The position numbers were made by a program, and so were the translations under genes. Below, piece after piece: positions 30,006 to 41,587 of a stretch of DNA of 64,000 nucleotides; the stretch's first letter is position 1, and the number at the start of each line of letters is the position of its first letter. The notes below the pieces were generated by a model, which did no database searches, was not told where the DNA came from, and saw only the letters and a program-made list of their open reading frames with translations. This DNA is from an uncultured Pelagibacteraceae bacterium (GTDB taxonomy: Bacteria; Pseudomonadota; Alphaproteobacteria; Pelagibacterales; Pelagibacteraceae): positions 16,352-80,351 of the forward strand of contig CACGZQ010000002.1 of the NCBI GenBank assembly GCA_902577575.1. The letters are read 5' to 3'.

Positions 30006-31098
30006 AACTAGGAAAATTTTGCTTTTACCTGGTGATGGGATTGGCCCAGAAGTAATTGCTGAGGTTAAAAAGATTCTTGAGTGGATGAACAAAACAAAAT
30101 CTTTAGATTTTGTTTTAAGCCAGGAGTTAATTGGAGGCGCATCTATTGATGCTAATAAAGTTCCAATTACTGATGAGGTTTTTTATAAATCTTTAGAGTC
30201 AGATGCAGTAATATTAGGTGCTTGCGGCGGACCTAAGTGGGATAATTTAGAATTTTCAAAAAAGCCAGAGAGAGCTCTTTTAAAACTTAGAAAAGAATTA
30301 AAGTTATTTGCAAACTTAAGACCAGCTATTTGTTTTAAACAACTAGTTGACGCCTCAACTTTAAAACCAGAAATAGTTTCTGGTTTAGATATAATGATAG
30401 TCAGAGAGTTGACCGGAGGTATTTATTTTGGTGAACCAAGAGGGATTGAGCCTATAGAAAATAATCAAAGAAAGGGTGTTAACACTCACACTTATACAAC
30501 TTCCGAAATTCATAGAATAGCTCGAGTAGCATTTGATTTAGCAAAAAAAAGAAGAAATAAAGTTACTTCTTGTGAAAAATCAAATGTAATGGAAGCTGGG
30601 GTTTTGTGGAGAGAAGAAGTTCAGTTGATTAAAGATAAAGAATTTAAAAAAGTTGAATTAAATCATATGTTAGCTGATAACTGCGCAATGCAGCTGTTAA
30701 GACATCCAAAACAATTTGATGTAATTTTAGCTGATAATTTATTTGGTGACATGTTGTCTGACGAAGCCGCAATGTTAACTGGTTCTCTTGGACTTTTACC
30801 TTCGGCTTCTTTAGGTTCAAAAGATAAAAATGGAAGAATAAGATCACTTTACGAACCAGTTCATGGGTCGGCTCCAGATATTGAAGGTAAAAATATAGCT
30901 AATCCTATTGCTACTATTTTAAGTTTATCAATGGCTTTAAGATATTCTTTAGATCTTGGAAATGAAGCAGACCAGATTGAAATGGCAGTGCAAAGCGTTC
31001 TTGATGAAGGATTAAGAACAAAAGATATAATGTCTAAAAACATGAGAGAGGTTTCGACATCTGACATGGGTGATGCAATTATTGCAAAATTGAAATAA
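29998..31098 (+). CDS. leuB: 3-isopropylmalate dehydrogenase
   Basis: [38 protein letters not shown]. Confidence 0.97.
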   Translation: MSKTRKILLLPGDGIGPEVIAEVKKILEWMNKTKSLDFVLSQELIGGASIDANKVPITDEVFYKSLESDAVILGACGGPKWDNLEFSKKPERALLKLRKELKLFANLRPAICFKQLVDASTLKPEIVSGLDIMIVRELTGGIYFGEPRGIEPIENNQRKGVNTHTYTTSEIHRIARVAFDLAKKRRNKVTSCEKSNVMEAGVLWREEVQLIKDKEFKKVELNHMLADNCAMQLLRHPKQFDVILADNLFGDMLSDEAAMLTGSLGLLPSASLGSKDKNGRIRSLYEPVHGSAPDIEGKNIANPIATILSLSMALRYSLDLGNEADQIEMAVQSVLDEGLRTKDIMSKNMREVSTSDMGDAIIAKLK

Positions 31099-31109
31099 AG
31101 TATAGAATT

Positions 31110-32102
31110 ATGAATTTTGCAATTATTGGTGCTTCAGGAAATGTTGGAAGAAAAACAATAGAAATTTTAGAAAAATCTAAAATAAGATTTAATAGTCTTT
31201 TCTTAGTAGCTTCGTCAAAAAGTGCAGGTAAAAAAATTAAATTTAGAAACAAAGATATCGTTATTGAAAATCTTGAGGACTATGACTTCTCCAAAGCCCA
31301 AATTACTTTTTTTGCAGCAGGGAGCCAGATTGCAAAAGAGTGGGTACCTCGAGCCGCAAAAAAAACAATTGTAATCGATAATTCAAGTTATTTTAGAATG
31401 CAAAAAGATGTCCCACTGGTTGTTCCAGAGGTTAATCCTGATGCACTCAATAAACATAATAATATAATTTCTAATCCTAACTGTTCAACAATCCAAATGG
31501 TTTTGGCTCTAAAAACTTTGCATGACGAATATAAAATTAAGAGAGTAATTGTATCAACTTATCAAGCTGTATCTGGGGCGGGTAAAGCGTCAATGGACGA
31601 GCTTATTGATCAAACAAAAAACTATTTAGACGGAAAAAAAATTAATTCGCAAAATTTTACAAAACAAATAGCATTTAACTTGATACCCCATATCGATCTT
31701 TTTGATAAAGATGGATACACAAAAGAAGAATTGAAAATGACTAATGAGACAAAAAAAATATTAGATAGTGAAATTGAAGTGACAGCAACTTGCGTAAGAG
31801 TTCCTGTGAAAACAGGTCATTCAGAGTCAATTAATATCGAGTTTGAAAATCTTTTTGATTTTGAAAACGTAATTAAAATCCTTAAAACAGCACCGGGATG
31901 TAAAGTAATTGATGAACGAAAAGATGGTGGCTATATAACTCCAATAGAAGCTGAGGGTGAATACACAACTTTTATTTCTAGAATAAGAAAAGATAACTCA
32001 AATATTAAAGCTATAAATTTGTGGGTAGTTTGTGATAATTTATTGAAAGGAGCGGCTTTAAATACCACTCAAATAGCAGAGTGTTTGATGAAAAAAATGT
32101 AA
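31110..32102 (+). CDS. asd: Aspartate-semialdehyde dehydrogenase
   Basis: GASGNVG, NPNCSTIQ, TYQAVSGAG, CVRVPV..GHSE, DNLLKGAALN. Confidence 0.96.
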   Translation: MNFAIIGASGNVGRKTIEILEKSKIRFNSLFLVASSKSAGKKIKFRNKDIVIENLEDYDFSKAQITFFAAGSQIAKEWVPRAAKKTIVIDNSSYFRMQKDVPLVVPEVNPDALNKHNNIISNPNCSTIQMVLALKTLHDEYKIKRVIVSTYQAVSGAGKASMDELIDQTKNYLDGKKINSQNFTKQIAFNLIPHIDLFDKDGYTKEELKMTNETKKILDSEIEVTATCVRVPVKTGHSESINIEFENLFDFENVIKILKTAPGCKVIDERKDGGYITPIEAEGEYTTFISRIRKDNSNIKAINLWVVCDNLLKGAALNTTQIAECLMKKM

Positions 32103-32122
32103 CTTTAGTTTATAAATCTAGT

Positions 32123-32506
32123 ATGGAAAATAATAATCCTTTAAGCCCGCATCTACAAATCTATAAATGGCAGATATCGTCTTTGTTATCTATTACCCAT
32201 AGGATAGTTGGAGTGATCAATTTTTTTGCAATAGTCTTAATTTGCATTTGGGCAATAATGCTAGTTTTTGGTGAAAATAGTTATTCGATTTTAAATACTA
32301 TTTTAGATTCTGTTTTTGGTAAATTTTTAACTATTTCTTTGTGCTGGACTTTTAGTTTTCACATCTTGAATGAATTAAGACATTTGATATGGGATGCTGG
32401 GTATGGTTTTGATTTAAAAATATCTAAAATTACGGGCATAATTGCTTTTATTGGTTCTTTTGTTTTGACAATTTTATTTTACACTTTAGGGAGAAATTTT
32501 TTTTAA
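32123..32506 (+). CDS. sdhC: Succinate dehydrogenase membrane anchor SdhC
   Basis: PLSPHLQIY, SITHRI.G, H...ELRHLIWD. ATG at 32123 preferred over GTG at 32081. Confidence 0.93.
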   Translation: MENNNPLSPHLQIYKWQISSLLSITHRIVGVINFFAIVLICIWAIMLVFGENSYSILNTILDSVFGKFLTISLCWTFSFHILNELRHLIWDAGYGFDLKISKITGIIAFIGSFVLTILFYTLGRNFF

Positions 32507-32832
32507 TGCATACATCCACAAAAAAATGGCTTTTTACTAAAATCAGCTCATTGATTTTAATACCATTGATGGCTTGGTTCATAATAAATTTTGTCTCAAT
32601 ATATGATAAAGGTTATCCTGAAACATTAGCTTTTTTATCTGAACAACCATCAAAAATATTATTTTCAGTATTTATTGTAATTGCTTTCTTTTTTTCAGCA
32701 TTAACAATAAGTGAGATTTTTGAGGACTATTTGCATGATGAGAAAATCAAAAATGTCGCAAACAAAGCTTTGAATTTATTTGCTATAACAATTCCTTTAA
32801 TAACAATTTTAGGTATATATAACCTTAATTAA
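32506..32832 (+). CDS. sdhD: Succinate dehydrogenase membrane anchor SdhD (divergent)
   Basis: 3 TM, W....S...IPL, EDYLH quinone-site motif; lies between sdhC and sdhA. Confidence 0.88.
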   Translation: MHTSTKKWLFTKISSLILIPLMAWFIINFVSIYDKGYPETLAFLSEQPSKILFSVFIVIAFFFSALTISEIFEDYLHDEKIKNVANKALNLFAITIPLITILGIYNLN

Positions 32833-34607
32833 TGAGTGCATATAAAATTATAGATCATGAGTACGATGTTGTAGTTCTCGGAGCTGGTGGCTCGGGGTTA
32901 AGAGCTGCAGTAGGTTTATCCGAGGCAGGTTTAAAAACTGCATGTATTTCAAAAGTTTTTCCAACTAGAAGCCACACGTCAGCAGCACAAGGAGGTATTT
33001 CGGCAGCTTTAGGAAATATGGGAGAAGACGATTGGCGTTGGCATATGTATGACACAGTTAAGGGTTCTGATTGGCTTGGTGATCAAGACGCAATTGAATA
33101 TCTATGCAAAGAGGCACCTAGAGCAGTTGTTGAATTAGAGAGATACGGTGTTCCTTTTAGCAGAACAGATGATGGTAAAATTTATCAAAGACCTTTTGGT
33201 GGTATGACAAAAAATTATGGAAACGGAACAGCCCAAAGAACTTGCGCAGCTGCTGATAGAACTGGACATGCAATTTTGCATACACTTTATGGTCAAGCTT
33301 TAAAACAACAAACCGAGTTTTTTATTGAATATTTTGCTTTGGACTTAATTATGAAAGATGGACAATGTAAAGGTGTAATTGCTTGGAATTTAACAGATGG
33401 TACTATTCATAGATTTAGATCTCACATAACTATAATAGCTACTGGCGGATATGGAAAAGTTTATTATTCAGCTACTTCTGCACATACATGCACGGGTGAC
33501 GGTAATGCGATGGTGTTAAGAGCAGGCTTACCTTTACAGGATATGGAGTTTGTTCAGTTTCACCCAACTGGTATTTACGGTGTTGGATGTTTAATTACTG
33601 AAGGAGTGAGAGGAGAAGGTGGTTTTTTAGTTAACGGTGAAGGCGAAAGATTCATGGAGAGGTATGCTCCAAATGCGAAAGATTTAGCTTCTCGAGATGT
33701 TGTTAGTAGATCAATGGAAATGGAAATAAACGAAGGGAGAGGAGCTGGGAAAAACAAAGACCATATCAATCTTCATTTAGACCACATTGATAAAAAAGTT
33801 ATTGACGAGAGACTTCCGGGGATTTCAGAAGCAGCAAAAACATTTGCAAACGTAGATGTAAGTAAAGAGCCTATCCCAGTTGTACCAACAGTACATTATA
33901 ATATGGGCGGTATACCAACTAATTATAAAGCTGAAGTTTTGACTCTAAACGGTTCTGAAAAAACTGTTCCTGGTTTAATGGCAATTGGTGAAGCTGCATG
34001 TGTTTCTGTTCATGGAGCTAACAGATTAGGTTCAAACTCTCTTATTGATTTAGTAGTTTTTGGAAGAGCAGCCGCTAAAAGAGCAGCAGAATTAGTAAAA
34101 TCAGGCAGCCCACATGAGGAAGTCTCAAATTCAGAAACAGATAAATGTTTAGAGAGATTTGATAAAATTAGAAATTCTAATGGTTCAACCAAAACTTCTG
34201 AGCTTAGATTGGAAATGCAGAAAACAATGCAGTCAAAATGCGCAGTATTTAGAACTGAAAAAACACTTAAAGAAGGTGTTGAACAAATTAGAAAACCTTA
34301 TGAGGGTATGAGCAATGTTTCTGTAAAAGATAAATCTTTGTTATTTAATACTGATTTAGTTGAAACTTTAGAATTTGACAATTTAATAAGTCAAGCACTA
34401 ACGACAATGGACTCAGCTTATAACAGAAAAGAAAGTAGAGGAGCCCATGCAAGAGAGGATTATACCAAAAGAGATGATAAAAATTTTATGAAACATACGC
34501 TAGCATGGCAAAATGGTAAAAATGTAGAAATAAAATATAGAGATGTGCACTCGAAAACTTTAACAAATGATGTACAGTATTTCCCTCCAAAGGAGAGAGT
34601 ATACTAA
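32832..34607 (+). CDS. sdhA: Succinate dehydrogenase flavoprotein
   Basis: [39 protein letters not shown]. Confidence 0.98.
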   Translation: MSAYKIIDHEYDVVVLGAGGSGLRAAVGLSEAGLKTACISKVFPTRSHTSAAQGGISAALGNMGEDDWRWHMYDTVKGSDWLGDQDAIEYLCKEAPRAVVELERYGVPFSRTDDGKIYQRPFGGMTKNYGNGTAQRTCAAADRTGHAILHTLYGQALKQQTEFFIEYFALDLIMKDGQCKGVIAWNLTDGTIHRFRSHITIIATGGYGKVYYSATSAHTCTGDGNAMVLRAGLPLQDMEFVQFHPTGIYGVGCLITEGVRGEGGFLVNGEGERFMERYAPNAKDLASRDVVSRSMEMEINEGRGAGKNKDHINLHLDHIDKKVIDERLPGISEAAKTFANVDVSKEPIPVVPTVHYNMGGIPTNYKAEVLTLNGSEKTVPGLMAIGEAACVSVHGANRLGSNSLIDLVVFGRAAAKRAAELVKSGSPHEEVSNSETDKCLERFDKIRNSNGSTKTSELRLEMQKTMQSKCAVFRTEKTLKEGVEQIRKPYEGMSNVSVKDKSLLFNTDLVETLEFDNLISQALTTMDSAYNRKESRGAHAREDYTKRDDKNFMKHTLAWQNGKNVEIKYRDVHSKTLTNDVQYFPPKERVY

Positions 34608-34609
34608 GT

Positions 34610-35386
34610 ATGGCGCAATTTAGCCTACCCCAGAATTCAAAAATAGAGGTAGGAAAATATTATAAAGATAAAACAAACTCCAAAAATCTCAAAAAAGTAA
34701 ATGTTTATAGATGGGATCCATCAACAGGAAAGAACCCAAGAGTTGATACATTTGAAGTTGATATGGATAATTGTGGACCAAAAGTTTTAGATATCTTATT
34801 TAAGATCAAAAATGAAATAGATCCTTCTCTTACTTTTAGAAGATCATGTGCTCATGGTGTTTGCGGCTCATGCGCTATGAATATAGATGGAATAAATTCT
34901 TTAGCTTGTATTAAATCACACACTGATATCAAAGGAGACTTAAACATTTATCCTTTACCTCATTTAAAAGTTGTAAAAGATTTAATTGGTGATCTTACTA
35001 CACTTTACAAACAATATGAGTCTATCCAACCTTGGCTAAAAGTTGACCAAACAGGAAAAGAGAAAAGTGAGCTGAAACAATCACAAAAAGATAGGGAAAA
35101 ATTAGATGGATATTACGAATGCATTTTATGTGCATGCTGTTCAACTTCCTGCCCAAGCTATTGGTGGAATGGAGATAAATATTTGGGGCCAGCCGTATTG
35201 CTGCAAGCTTACAGATGGATAAATGATAGTAGAGATGGTGATAAAAAAGAGAGGTTAAGAAAAGTTGCAGATGAATTAAAACTGTATAGATGTCATACTA
35301 TTATGAATTGCACGAATTCATGTCCTAAAGGCCTTAATCCCGCAAAAGCGATAGGTTCAATTAAAAAAATGCTTGCAACAAGCTAA
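34610..35386 (+). CDS. sdhB: Succinate dehydrogenase iron-sulfur subunit
   Basis: [45 protein letters not shown]. Confidence 0.97.
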   Translation: MAQFSLPQNSKIEVGKYYKDKTNSKNLKKVNVYRWDPSTGKNPRVDTFEVDMDNCGPKVLDILFKIKNEIDPSLTFRRSCAHGVCGSCAMNIDGINSLACIKSHTDIKGDLNIYPLPHLKVVKDLIGDLTTLYKQYESIQPWLKVDQTGKEKSELKQSQKDREKLDGYYECILCACCSTSCPSYWWNGDKYLGPAVLLQAYRWINDSRDGDKKERLRKVADELKLYRCHTIMNCTNSCPKGLNPAKAIGSIKKMLATS

Positions 35387-35409
35387 AAGCTTATTTATTC
35401 AATTACATC

Positions 35410-36903
35410 ATGAAAACAATTCAGCATTTTGTAAGCGGTAAAAGTTTTTCAGGCCAATCTAAAAGAACCGGAAAAGTTTTTAACCCTGCTACAGGTGAAC
35501 AAAGTGCTGAAGTTAAGCTTGCAAATACCAAAGATGTTGATCAAGCAGTTGCTGATGCAAAAAAAGCTTTTGAAATGTGGTCAAACAAACCTCCGCTACA
35601 AAGAGCGAGAGTTATGTTTAAGTTCAAAGAACTAATTGAAAAAAATTCTAAAGAACTAACAGAGATAATAGTGTCAGAACATGGCAAAGTTTTTGAAGAC
35701 GCTAAAGGATCTTTAACTAGAGGACTAGAAGTTGTTGAGTATGCATGCGGAATACCTGAAATGTTAAAAGGGGACTTTACTGAAAATGTTGGCACGAATG
35801 TTGATAGCTGGTCGATTCGACAACCTTTAGGAGTCTGCGCTGGTATCACACCTTTTAATTTTCCAGCGATGGTACCTATGTGGATGTTTCCAATGGCAAT
35901 TGCTTGCGGAAATACTTTTATTTTAAAACCTTCAGAGAAAGATCCGTCATGCTCAATTAGGCTTGCAGAACTCTTATCCGAAGCTGGTTTGCCCGACGGA
36001 GTGTTAAACGTGGTAAATGGCGATAAAGAAGCTGTAGATGCTTTAATAAAAAATAAAGATGTTGCTGCGATGAGTTTCGTTGGATCTACTCCTATTGCAA
36101 AATATATTTACGAAAATTGTGCTAAAAATGAAAAAAGAGTTCAGGCACTTGGAGGAGCAAAAAATCATTGCGTAGTGATGCCAGATTGTGATTTAGATCA
36201 GGCAGTCAATGGATTGATGGGCGCAGCTTATGGCTCAGCCGGAGAAAGATGTATGGCTCAGTCTGTAGCTGTCGCAGTAGGTAATATTGGAGATAGATTA
36301 GTAGAATCTCTTGCAAAAAAAGTTGAGTCTTTGAAAGTAGGACCTGGAATGGATAAAGACTCAGAAATGGGGCCTCTCGTAACAAAAGATCATTTGGAAA
36401 AAGTTAAAGGTTACGTAGACATTGGGGAAAAAGAAGGTGCAAAATTAGTGGTTGATGGAAGAAATTTTAAGATCCAAGGATACGAAAATGGTTTCTATAT
36501 GGGAGGGTGTTTGTTTGATCATGTAAAAAAAGATATGAGAATTTACAAAGAGGAAATATTTGGGCCTGTTCTTTCTGTAGTAAGGGCAAAAGATTTTAAT
36601 GAGGCACTCAAGTTAGTAAACGATCATGAATTTGGAAATGGAGTTAGTATATTTACTAGAGACGGTGACTCAGGACGTACTTTTTCAAATAAAGCAAAAA
36701 TTGGAATGGTTGGAATAAATATACCTATTCCTGTTCCAATGGCCTTTCACAGCTTTGGGGGGTGGAAAAGATCATTATTTGGAGACCAACACATGCATGG
36801 ACCTGAAGGTGTAAGGTTTTACACTAAACTAAAAACAATTACTTCAAGATGGCCCTCTGGATTAAGATCAGATCCAGAGTTCGTCATGCCTACAATGAAA
36901 TAA
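35410..36903 (+). CDS. mmsA: CoA-acylating (methyl)malonate-semialdehyde dehydrogenase
   Basis: [41 protein letters not shown]. Confidence 0.93.
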   Translation: MKTIQHFVSGKSFSGQSKRTGKVFNPATGEQSAEVKLANTKDVDQAVADAKKAFEMWSNKPPLQRARVMFKFKELIEKNSKELTEIIVSEHGKVFEDAKGSLTRGLEVVEYACGIPEMLKGDFTENVGTNVDSWSIRQPLGVCAGITPFNFPAMVPMWMFPMAIACGNTFILKPSEKDPSCSIRLAELLSEAGLPDGVLNVVNGDKEAVDALIKNKDVAAMSFVGSTPIAKYIYENCAKNEKRVQALGGAKNHCVVMPDCDLDQAVNGLMGAAYGSAGERCMAQSVAVAVGNIGDRLVESLAKKVESLKVGPGMDKDSEMGPLVTKDHLEKVKGYVDIGEKEGAKLVVDGRNFKIQGYENGFYMGGCLFDHVKKDMRIYKEEIFGPVLSVVRAKDFNEALKLVNDHEFGNGVSIFTRDGDSGRTFSNKAKIGMVGINIPIPVPMAFHSFGGWKRSLFGDQHMHGPEGVRFYTKLKTITSRWPSGLRSDPEFVMPTMK

Positions 36904-36907
36904 AATT

Positions 36908-37864
36908 ATGAAAAAAATAACTTTAATTGGTGCTGGTCAAATAGGAGGTACATTAGCACATCTTATAGCCTTAAAAGAACTTGGAAATATTGTTTTATTT
37001 GATGTTGCAGAGGGTTTAGCTAAAGGTAAAGCTTTAGATATAGCTCAATCTTCACCAGTGACTGGTTTTAATGTAAGTCTAATTGGAACAAGTAATTATG
37101 AAGATACTAAAGATTCAGATGTAATTATTATAACAGCAGGAGTGCCTAGGAAACCAGGGATGTCACGTGATGATTTACTAGGAATTAATTTAAAAATTAT
37201 TAAAGAGGTTGCAAACGGTATTAAAAAAACTTCCCCAAAAGCTTTTGTTATATGCATTACTAACCCATTAGATGTAATTGTAATGGCTTTACAGAAATAT
37301 TCAGGATTACCAAAGCAAAAAGTAGTTGGTATGGCTGGAATTTTAGACTCGTCTAGATTTATTTATTTTTTATCCCAAGAGTTAAATGTTCCTGTAAAAA
37401 ATATAGAATCGTTCGTTCTAGGTGGACATGGCGACAGTATGGTTGCTATGCTCGACTCAACTTTTATCAATGGAAAAAAGATTAGCGAATTTGTTACAGA
37501 GGGAAAGATAACTAAAGAGCGTCTAAATCAGCTAATCGACAGAACAAAAACTGGTGGAGCTGAAATAGTAAAATATTTGGAAAAAGGTTCAGCTTTTTAC
37601 GCTCCGGCTGCTTCCGGGGTAGAAATGGCAGAAAGCTATCTAAAAGATTTAAAAAAACAATTGCCATGTGCATCCTACTTGAATGGAGAATATGGACTTA
37701 AAGACATTTATGTTGGTGTTCCTGTGATAATTGGAAAAAATGGTGTTGAGAAGATAGTTGAAATATCTCTTACTGAAAAAGAAAAAAAAGACTTTAAATA
37801 TTCAGTTGATTCTGTGAGAGAATTATTCAATGCTGCAAAAAAAATAGACTCATCTTTAGCTTAA
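36908..37864 (+). CDS. mdh: Malate dehydrogenase (LDH-like type)
   Basis: [40 protein letters not shown]. Confidence 0.95.
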   Translation: MKKITLIGAGQIGGTLAHLIALKELGNIVLFDVAEGLAKGKALDIAQSSPVTGFNVSLIGTSNYEDTKDSDVIIITAGVPRKPGMSRDDLLGINLKIIKEVANGIKKTSPKAFVICITNPLDVIVMALQKYSGLPKQKVVGMAGILDSSRFIYFLSQELNVPVKNIESFVLGGHGDSMVAMLDSTFINGKKISEFVTEGKITKERLNQLIDRTKTGGAEIVKYLEKGSAFYAPAASGVEMAESYLKDLKKQLPCASYLNGEYGLKDIYVGVPVIIGKNGVEKIVEISLTEKEKKDFKYSVDSVRELFNAAKKIDSSLA

Positions 37865-37890
37865 AAATATATTAAGTTAGATTATTATTC

Positions 37891-39477
37891 ATGAATCCAA
37901 TTATATCCTTAATCAGAAGTGATAAAATAATTGTCCTAACTATATTTATATTTAGTGTTTTAATTAATTATTATTCAGCTTATCGGGGGATTTTTCCGAT
38001 GGATAGTTTTAGCCATTATGACATTGGTTTTAGAATTTTACTTGGAGATCATCCTTTTAAAGATTATTGGGCAGTATCAGGCCCTTTCATAGATTATTTT
38101 CAAAGTTTATTATTTTATATATTAGGCGCTAACTGGATCTCTTATGTTTTACAAGCTTCAATATTAAATGGAATAGTTTCAGTTACTACTTTTTTTTTAT
38201 TCAAAAAAATAGGATTACAAACTTTATATAGTTTTATTTATTCTATTTGTTTTGCTGTTTTGGCATATCCATCAAGTGGGACACCATTTGTGGATCATCA
38301 TTCAACTCTTTTGTCTGTTTTAGCTATTTATACTTTTATTTTTGCATTACAGAGAGAAAATTATTTAATTTGGTTCTTAATACCAATTATATTTGCCTTC
38401 GCTTTTCTAAGTAAACAAGTACCTGCTTTTTATTTTCTATTAATATTTGTTTCAGTTATTATTTATCATTTTCTGTTAAACTTTAACAAAAAAACTATCA
38501 AAATACTTTTAAATTTATTTGTCTCATCAGCTTTGGTTTTAATTATCTTTTTTTTATTTTTAAATATTTTTTCTATAGAAGTTTCAGATTTTATTAATCA
38601 GTATATCCTTTACCCGCAGAGTATAGGAGCAAATAGATATCTCAACCTAAAGTATGATTTACAAAATACTGTTCTTAATTTTAAATTTATCTATTTAGTA
38701 TTTTTAATTTATAGCTTTGTTATATTTAAAAGTCTTTTTAAGAATAAAAAATTTTATACTGATTTGAAATTTAAAATTTATTTAATAAGTCTTTTTACTT
38801 TTATTGCCCTTGTAAATCATACCTTGTTGACAAAAAATCAGATAATCATTTTCTTTTTAATACCTTTGTTTTCAGGGTTAGCACATATTCACGTAAATAA
38901 AGAATTGAAATTAAAAAAGTATCTATCTTTATTTTTAATTTTTTTATGCATTGGTGCTACCCTAAAGTATCATTTAAGGTTCAATGTTGAGAGAAAATTT
39001 CATGAGCTACAAAGTGTAGATATTTCTCAAAATTTAGATGCAGGGTCTATAAATAAAAAATTTACTAATTTAAAATGGGTGACACCTGAAGCTCAAAATA
39101 AACAAAAATTAGTTGAAGAAATAAAATATTTAAAAGAGATGGAAAATTTATTAAAAACAGATGTTTCAAATAAAATTATTTTTACTCATTATTCTTTTTT
39201 TTCAGTAATTTTAGACGAAAATGTTAATAGTCCATCTAGATGGTTTCCCCAAGATGGATCTGCTTTTCCTATAAGGGGTGATAAATTTTTTAATGATTAC
39301 CGGAAATTATTGATTGCTATTATTTTAAAAAAAGATATTAAAAATGTCTATGTCTTAAAGGATGTATCTGAGAACATGTTCACTGATTACATAAATACAA
39401 ATTGCATAAATAAGATCTCTGATAACAAAAATTACAAGAAGTTTAAAATTAATAGAAATTGTAAAGAATTAAATTAA
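37891..39477 (+). CDS. Multi-pass membrane protein, probable GT-C-fold glycosyltransferase
   Basis: About 11 TM plus a C-terminal soluble domain; Asp after TM1 and G..PFKDYW..SGP loop; F.SKQ motif; visibly AT-richer than its neighbours. Confidence 0.6.
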   Translation: MNPIISLIRSDKIIVLTIFIFSVLINYYSAYRGIFPMDSFSHYDIGFRILLGDHPFKDYWAVSGPFIDYFQSLLFYILGANWISYVLQASILNGIVSVTTFFLFKKIGLQTLYSFIYSICFAVLAYPSSGTPFVDHHSTLLSVLAIYTFIFALQRENYLIWFLIPIIFAFAFLSKQVPAFYFLLIFVSVIIYHFLLNFNKKTIKILLNLFVSSALVLIIFFLFLNIFSIEVSDFINQYILYPQSIGANRYLNLKYDLQNTVLNFKFIYLVFLIYSFVIFKSLFKNKKFYTDLKFKIYLISLFTFIALVNHTLLTKNQIIIFFLIPLFSGLAHIHVNKELKLKKYLSLFLIFLCIGATLKYHLRFNVERKFHELQSVDISQNLDAGSINKKFTNLKWVTPEAQNKQKLVEEIKYLKEMENLLKTDVSNKIIFTHYSFFSVILDENVNSPSRWFPQDGSAFPIRGDKFFNDYRKLLIAIILKKDIKNVYVLKDVSENMFTDYINTNCINKISDNKNYKKFKINRNCKELN

Positions 39478-39515
39478 GTGGAAAAAAAAATTATTAAATA
39501 TATAACTATCTCTCA

Positions 39516-40679
39516 ATGAATATTCATGAACATCAAGCAAAAGAAATTTTAAGAGAATTCGGAGCACCTATTTCAAATGGTGTAGTTATCTACTCGGTAG
39601 ACGAAATAAAAGACAAAATAAAGATGCTTAAAAGTAAAGAATTTGTTTTAAAAGCTCAAATTCATGCTGGCGGGAGAGGTAAAGCTGGTGGTGTTAAGTT
39701 AATTAAAAATATTTCTGAATTAGAAAGTGAAGCAAAAAAAATGATGGGAAAAGTTTTAGTTACTCACCAAACAGGACCAGAGGGTAAAGAAGTAAAAAGG
39801 TTATATATAGAGGAAGCATCGAACATATTAAAAGAGTTTTACTTTTCATGTTTGGTAGATAGAGAGACATCTAAAATTGCTTTTATAAGTAGCACAGAAG
39901 GTGGAATGGATATTGAAAAAGTTGCAGCTGAAAGCCCTACTAAGATAATTACTACGAAGATAGATCTTAAAGTCGAAGGACCAAGTGATACAGAATTAGA
40001 AGAAATCATAAAGGTTTTTAAATTTAATCAAAAACAAAAAATCATAGCTAAGGAGCTCACTAAATCTTTATATAAAATCATTCTAGAGAGAGATGCGAGC
40101 TTAATTGAGATCAATCCATTAATTCTAACAAAAGAAAATAATATTATTTGCTTAGATGCCAAAATGAATTTTGATGACAATGCAATCTACAGGCAACCGG
40201 ATATATTGAAATTGAGAGATCTTAACGAGGAAAACTCGGCAGAAATTGAAGCTAGCAAATATGATCTTGCTTACATTAAACTTAATGGTTCAATTGGATG
40301 TATGGTTAATGGCGCAGGTTTAGCAATGGCAACAATGGATATAATAAAGATATATGGTAAAGAACCAGCCAATTTTTTAGATGTTGGGGGAGGCGCCTCA
40401 AAAGAGAAAGTAACTGCAGCTTTCAAATTAATTTTAGCTGATAAAAATGTAAAAGGAATTTTGATAAACATTTTTGGTGGGATTATGAGATGTGATGTTT
40501 TAGCACAAGGTGTAGTTGAAGCGGCAAAGCAAGTGAATTTATCTATTCCAATTGTAGTCAGACTTGCTGGCACAAATTTTAAAGAGGGAAAAGAAATTTT
40601 AGATAATTCTAAATTAAAAATTCTATCAGCATCTGATCTAAACGATGCCGCAAAAAAAATTACAAAGGCAATTGAATAA
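39516..40679 (+). CDS. sucC: Succinyl-CoA synthetase beta subunit
   Basis: MNIHEHQAK, KAQIHAGGRGKAGG, NGAGLAMATMD, NFLDVGGGA. Confidence 0.97.
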   Translation: MNIHEHQAKEILREFGAPISNGVVIYSVDEIKDKIKMLKSKEFVLKAQIHAGGRGKAGGVKLIKNISELESEAKKMMGKVLVTHQTGPEGKEVKRLYIEEASNILKEFYFSCLVDRETSKIAFISSTEGGMDIEKVAAESPTKIITTKIDLKVEGPSDTELEEIIKVFKFNQKQKIIAKELTKSLYKIILERDASLIEINPLILTKENNIICLDAKMNFDDNAIYRQPDILKLRDLNEENSAEIEASKYDLAYIKLNGSIGCMVNGAGLAMATMDIIKIYGKEPANFLDVGGGASKEKVTAAFKLILADKNVKGILINIFGGIMRCDVLAQGVVEAAKQVNLSIPIVVRLAGTNFKEGKEILDNSKLKILSASDLNDAAKKITKAIE

Positions 40680-41555
40680 ATGTCAGTTTTAGTCAATAAA
40701 AATACTAAAGTTATCTGTCAAGGCTTTACCGGAAAACATGGAACTTTTCACTCAGAACAGGCTTTAAAATATGGAACAAAATTAGTAGGAGGAGTTACTC
40801 CGAAAAAAGGAGGCCAAAGACATTTAGATCTACCAGTTTTTGATACAGTTCAAGAGGCAAAAGATAAAACTTCAGCTAATGCTACAATGATTTATGTTCC
40901 TCCAAAATTTGCTGGTGCAGCTATAATAGAAGCCATAGAAGCAAAAATAGAATTAATAGTTTGTATCACAGAGGGAATTCCAATCCTAGATATGTTGAAA
41001 GTTAAAAAAACTTTAAATAAAAGCACCTCAAGATTGATTGGTCCAAACTGCCCAGGAGTAATTACTCCCGGAGAATGTAAAATTGGAATTATGCCTGGAA
41101 ATATACATAAAAAAGGTTCAGTTGGAATTGTTTCAAGATCTGGAACTCTTACTTATGAAGCAGTTGCACAAACTACTTCAAACAACATGGGACAATCAAC
41201 TTGCGTTGGAATAGGAGGCGACCCAATTAATGGAACAAACTTTATAGATTGTTTAGAGCTTTTTTTAAAGGACGATCAAACTAAATCCATAGTAATGATC
41301 GGAGAAATAGGTGGTTCTGCGGAGGAACAAGCCGCTGAATTTTTAAAAAGAGAGAAGATTAAGAAGCCAACAGTCGGGTTTGTAGCAGGATTGACCGCAC
41401 CTCCAGGCAGAAGGATGGGTCATGCTGGTGCAATCATTTCTGGTGGTAAAGGAGGAGCTGAAGAAAAAATTGAAATTATGAAATCTGCAGGAATTACCAT
41501 ATCAAAATCACCAGCAGATATTGGTAAAACTCTATTTAATAAACTAAATAGTTGA
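40680..41555 (+). CDS. sucD: Succinyl-CoA synthetase alpha subunit
   Basis: [27 protein letters not shown]. Confidence 0.97.
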   Translation: MSVLVNKNTKVICQGFTGKHGTFHSEQALKYGTKLVGGVTPKKGGQRHLDLPVFDTVQEAKDKTSANATMIYVPPKFAGAAIIEAIEAKIELIVCITEGIPILDMLKVKKTLNKSTSRLIGPNCPGVITPGECKIGIMPGNIHKKGSVGIVSRSGTLTYEAVAQTTSNNMGQSTCVGIGGDPINGTNFIDCLELFLKDDQTKSIVMIGEIGGSAEEQAAEFLKREKIKKPTVGFVAGLTAPPGRRMGHAGAIISGGKGGAEEKIEIMKSAGITISKSPADIGKTLFNKLNS

Positions 41556-41587
41556 TTTTTATAAATTTGTGTTAAAATAAGTAATTA

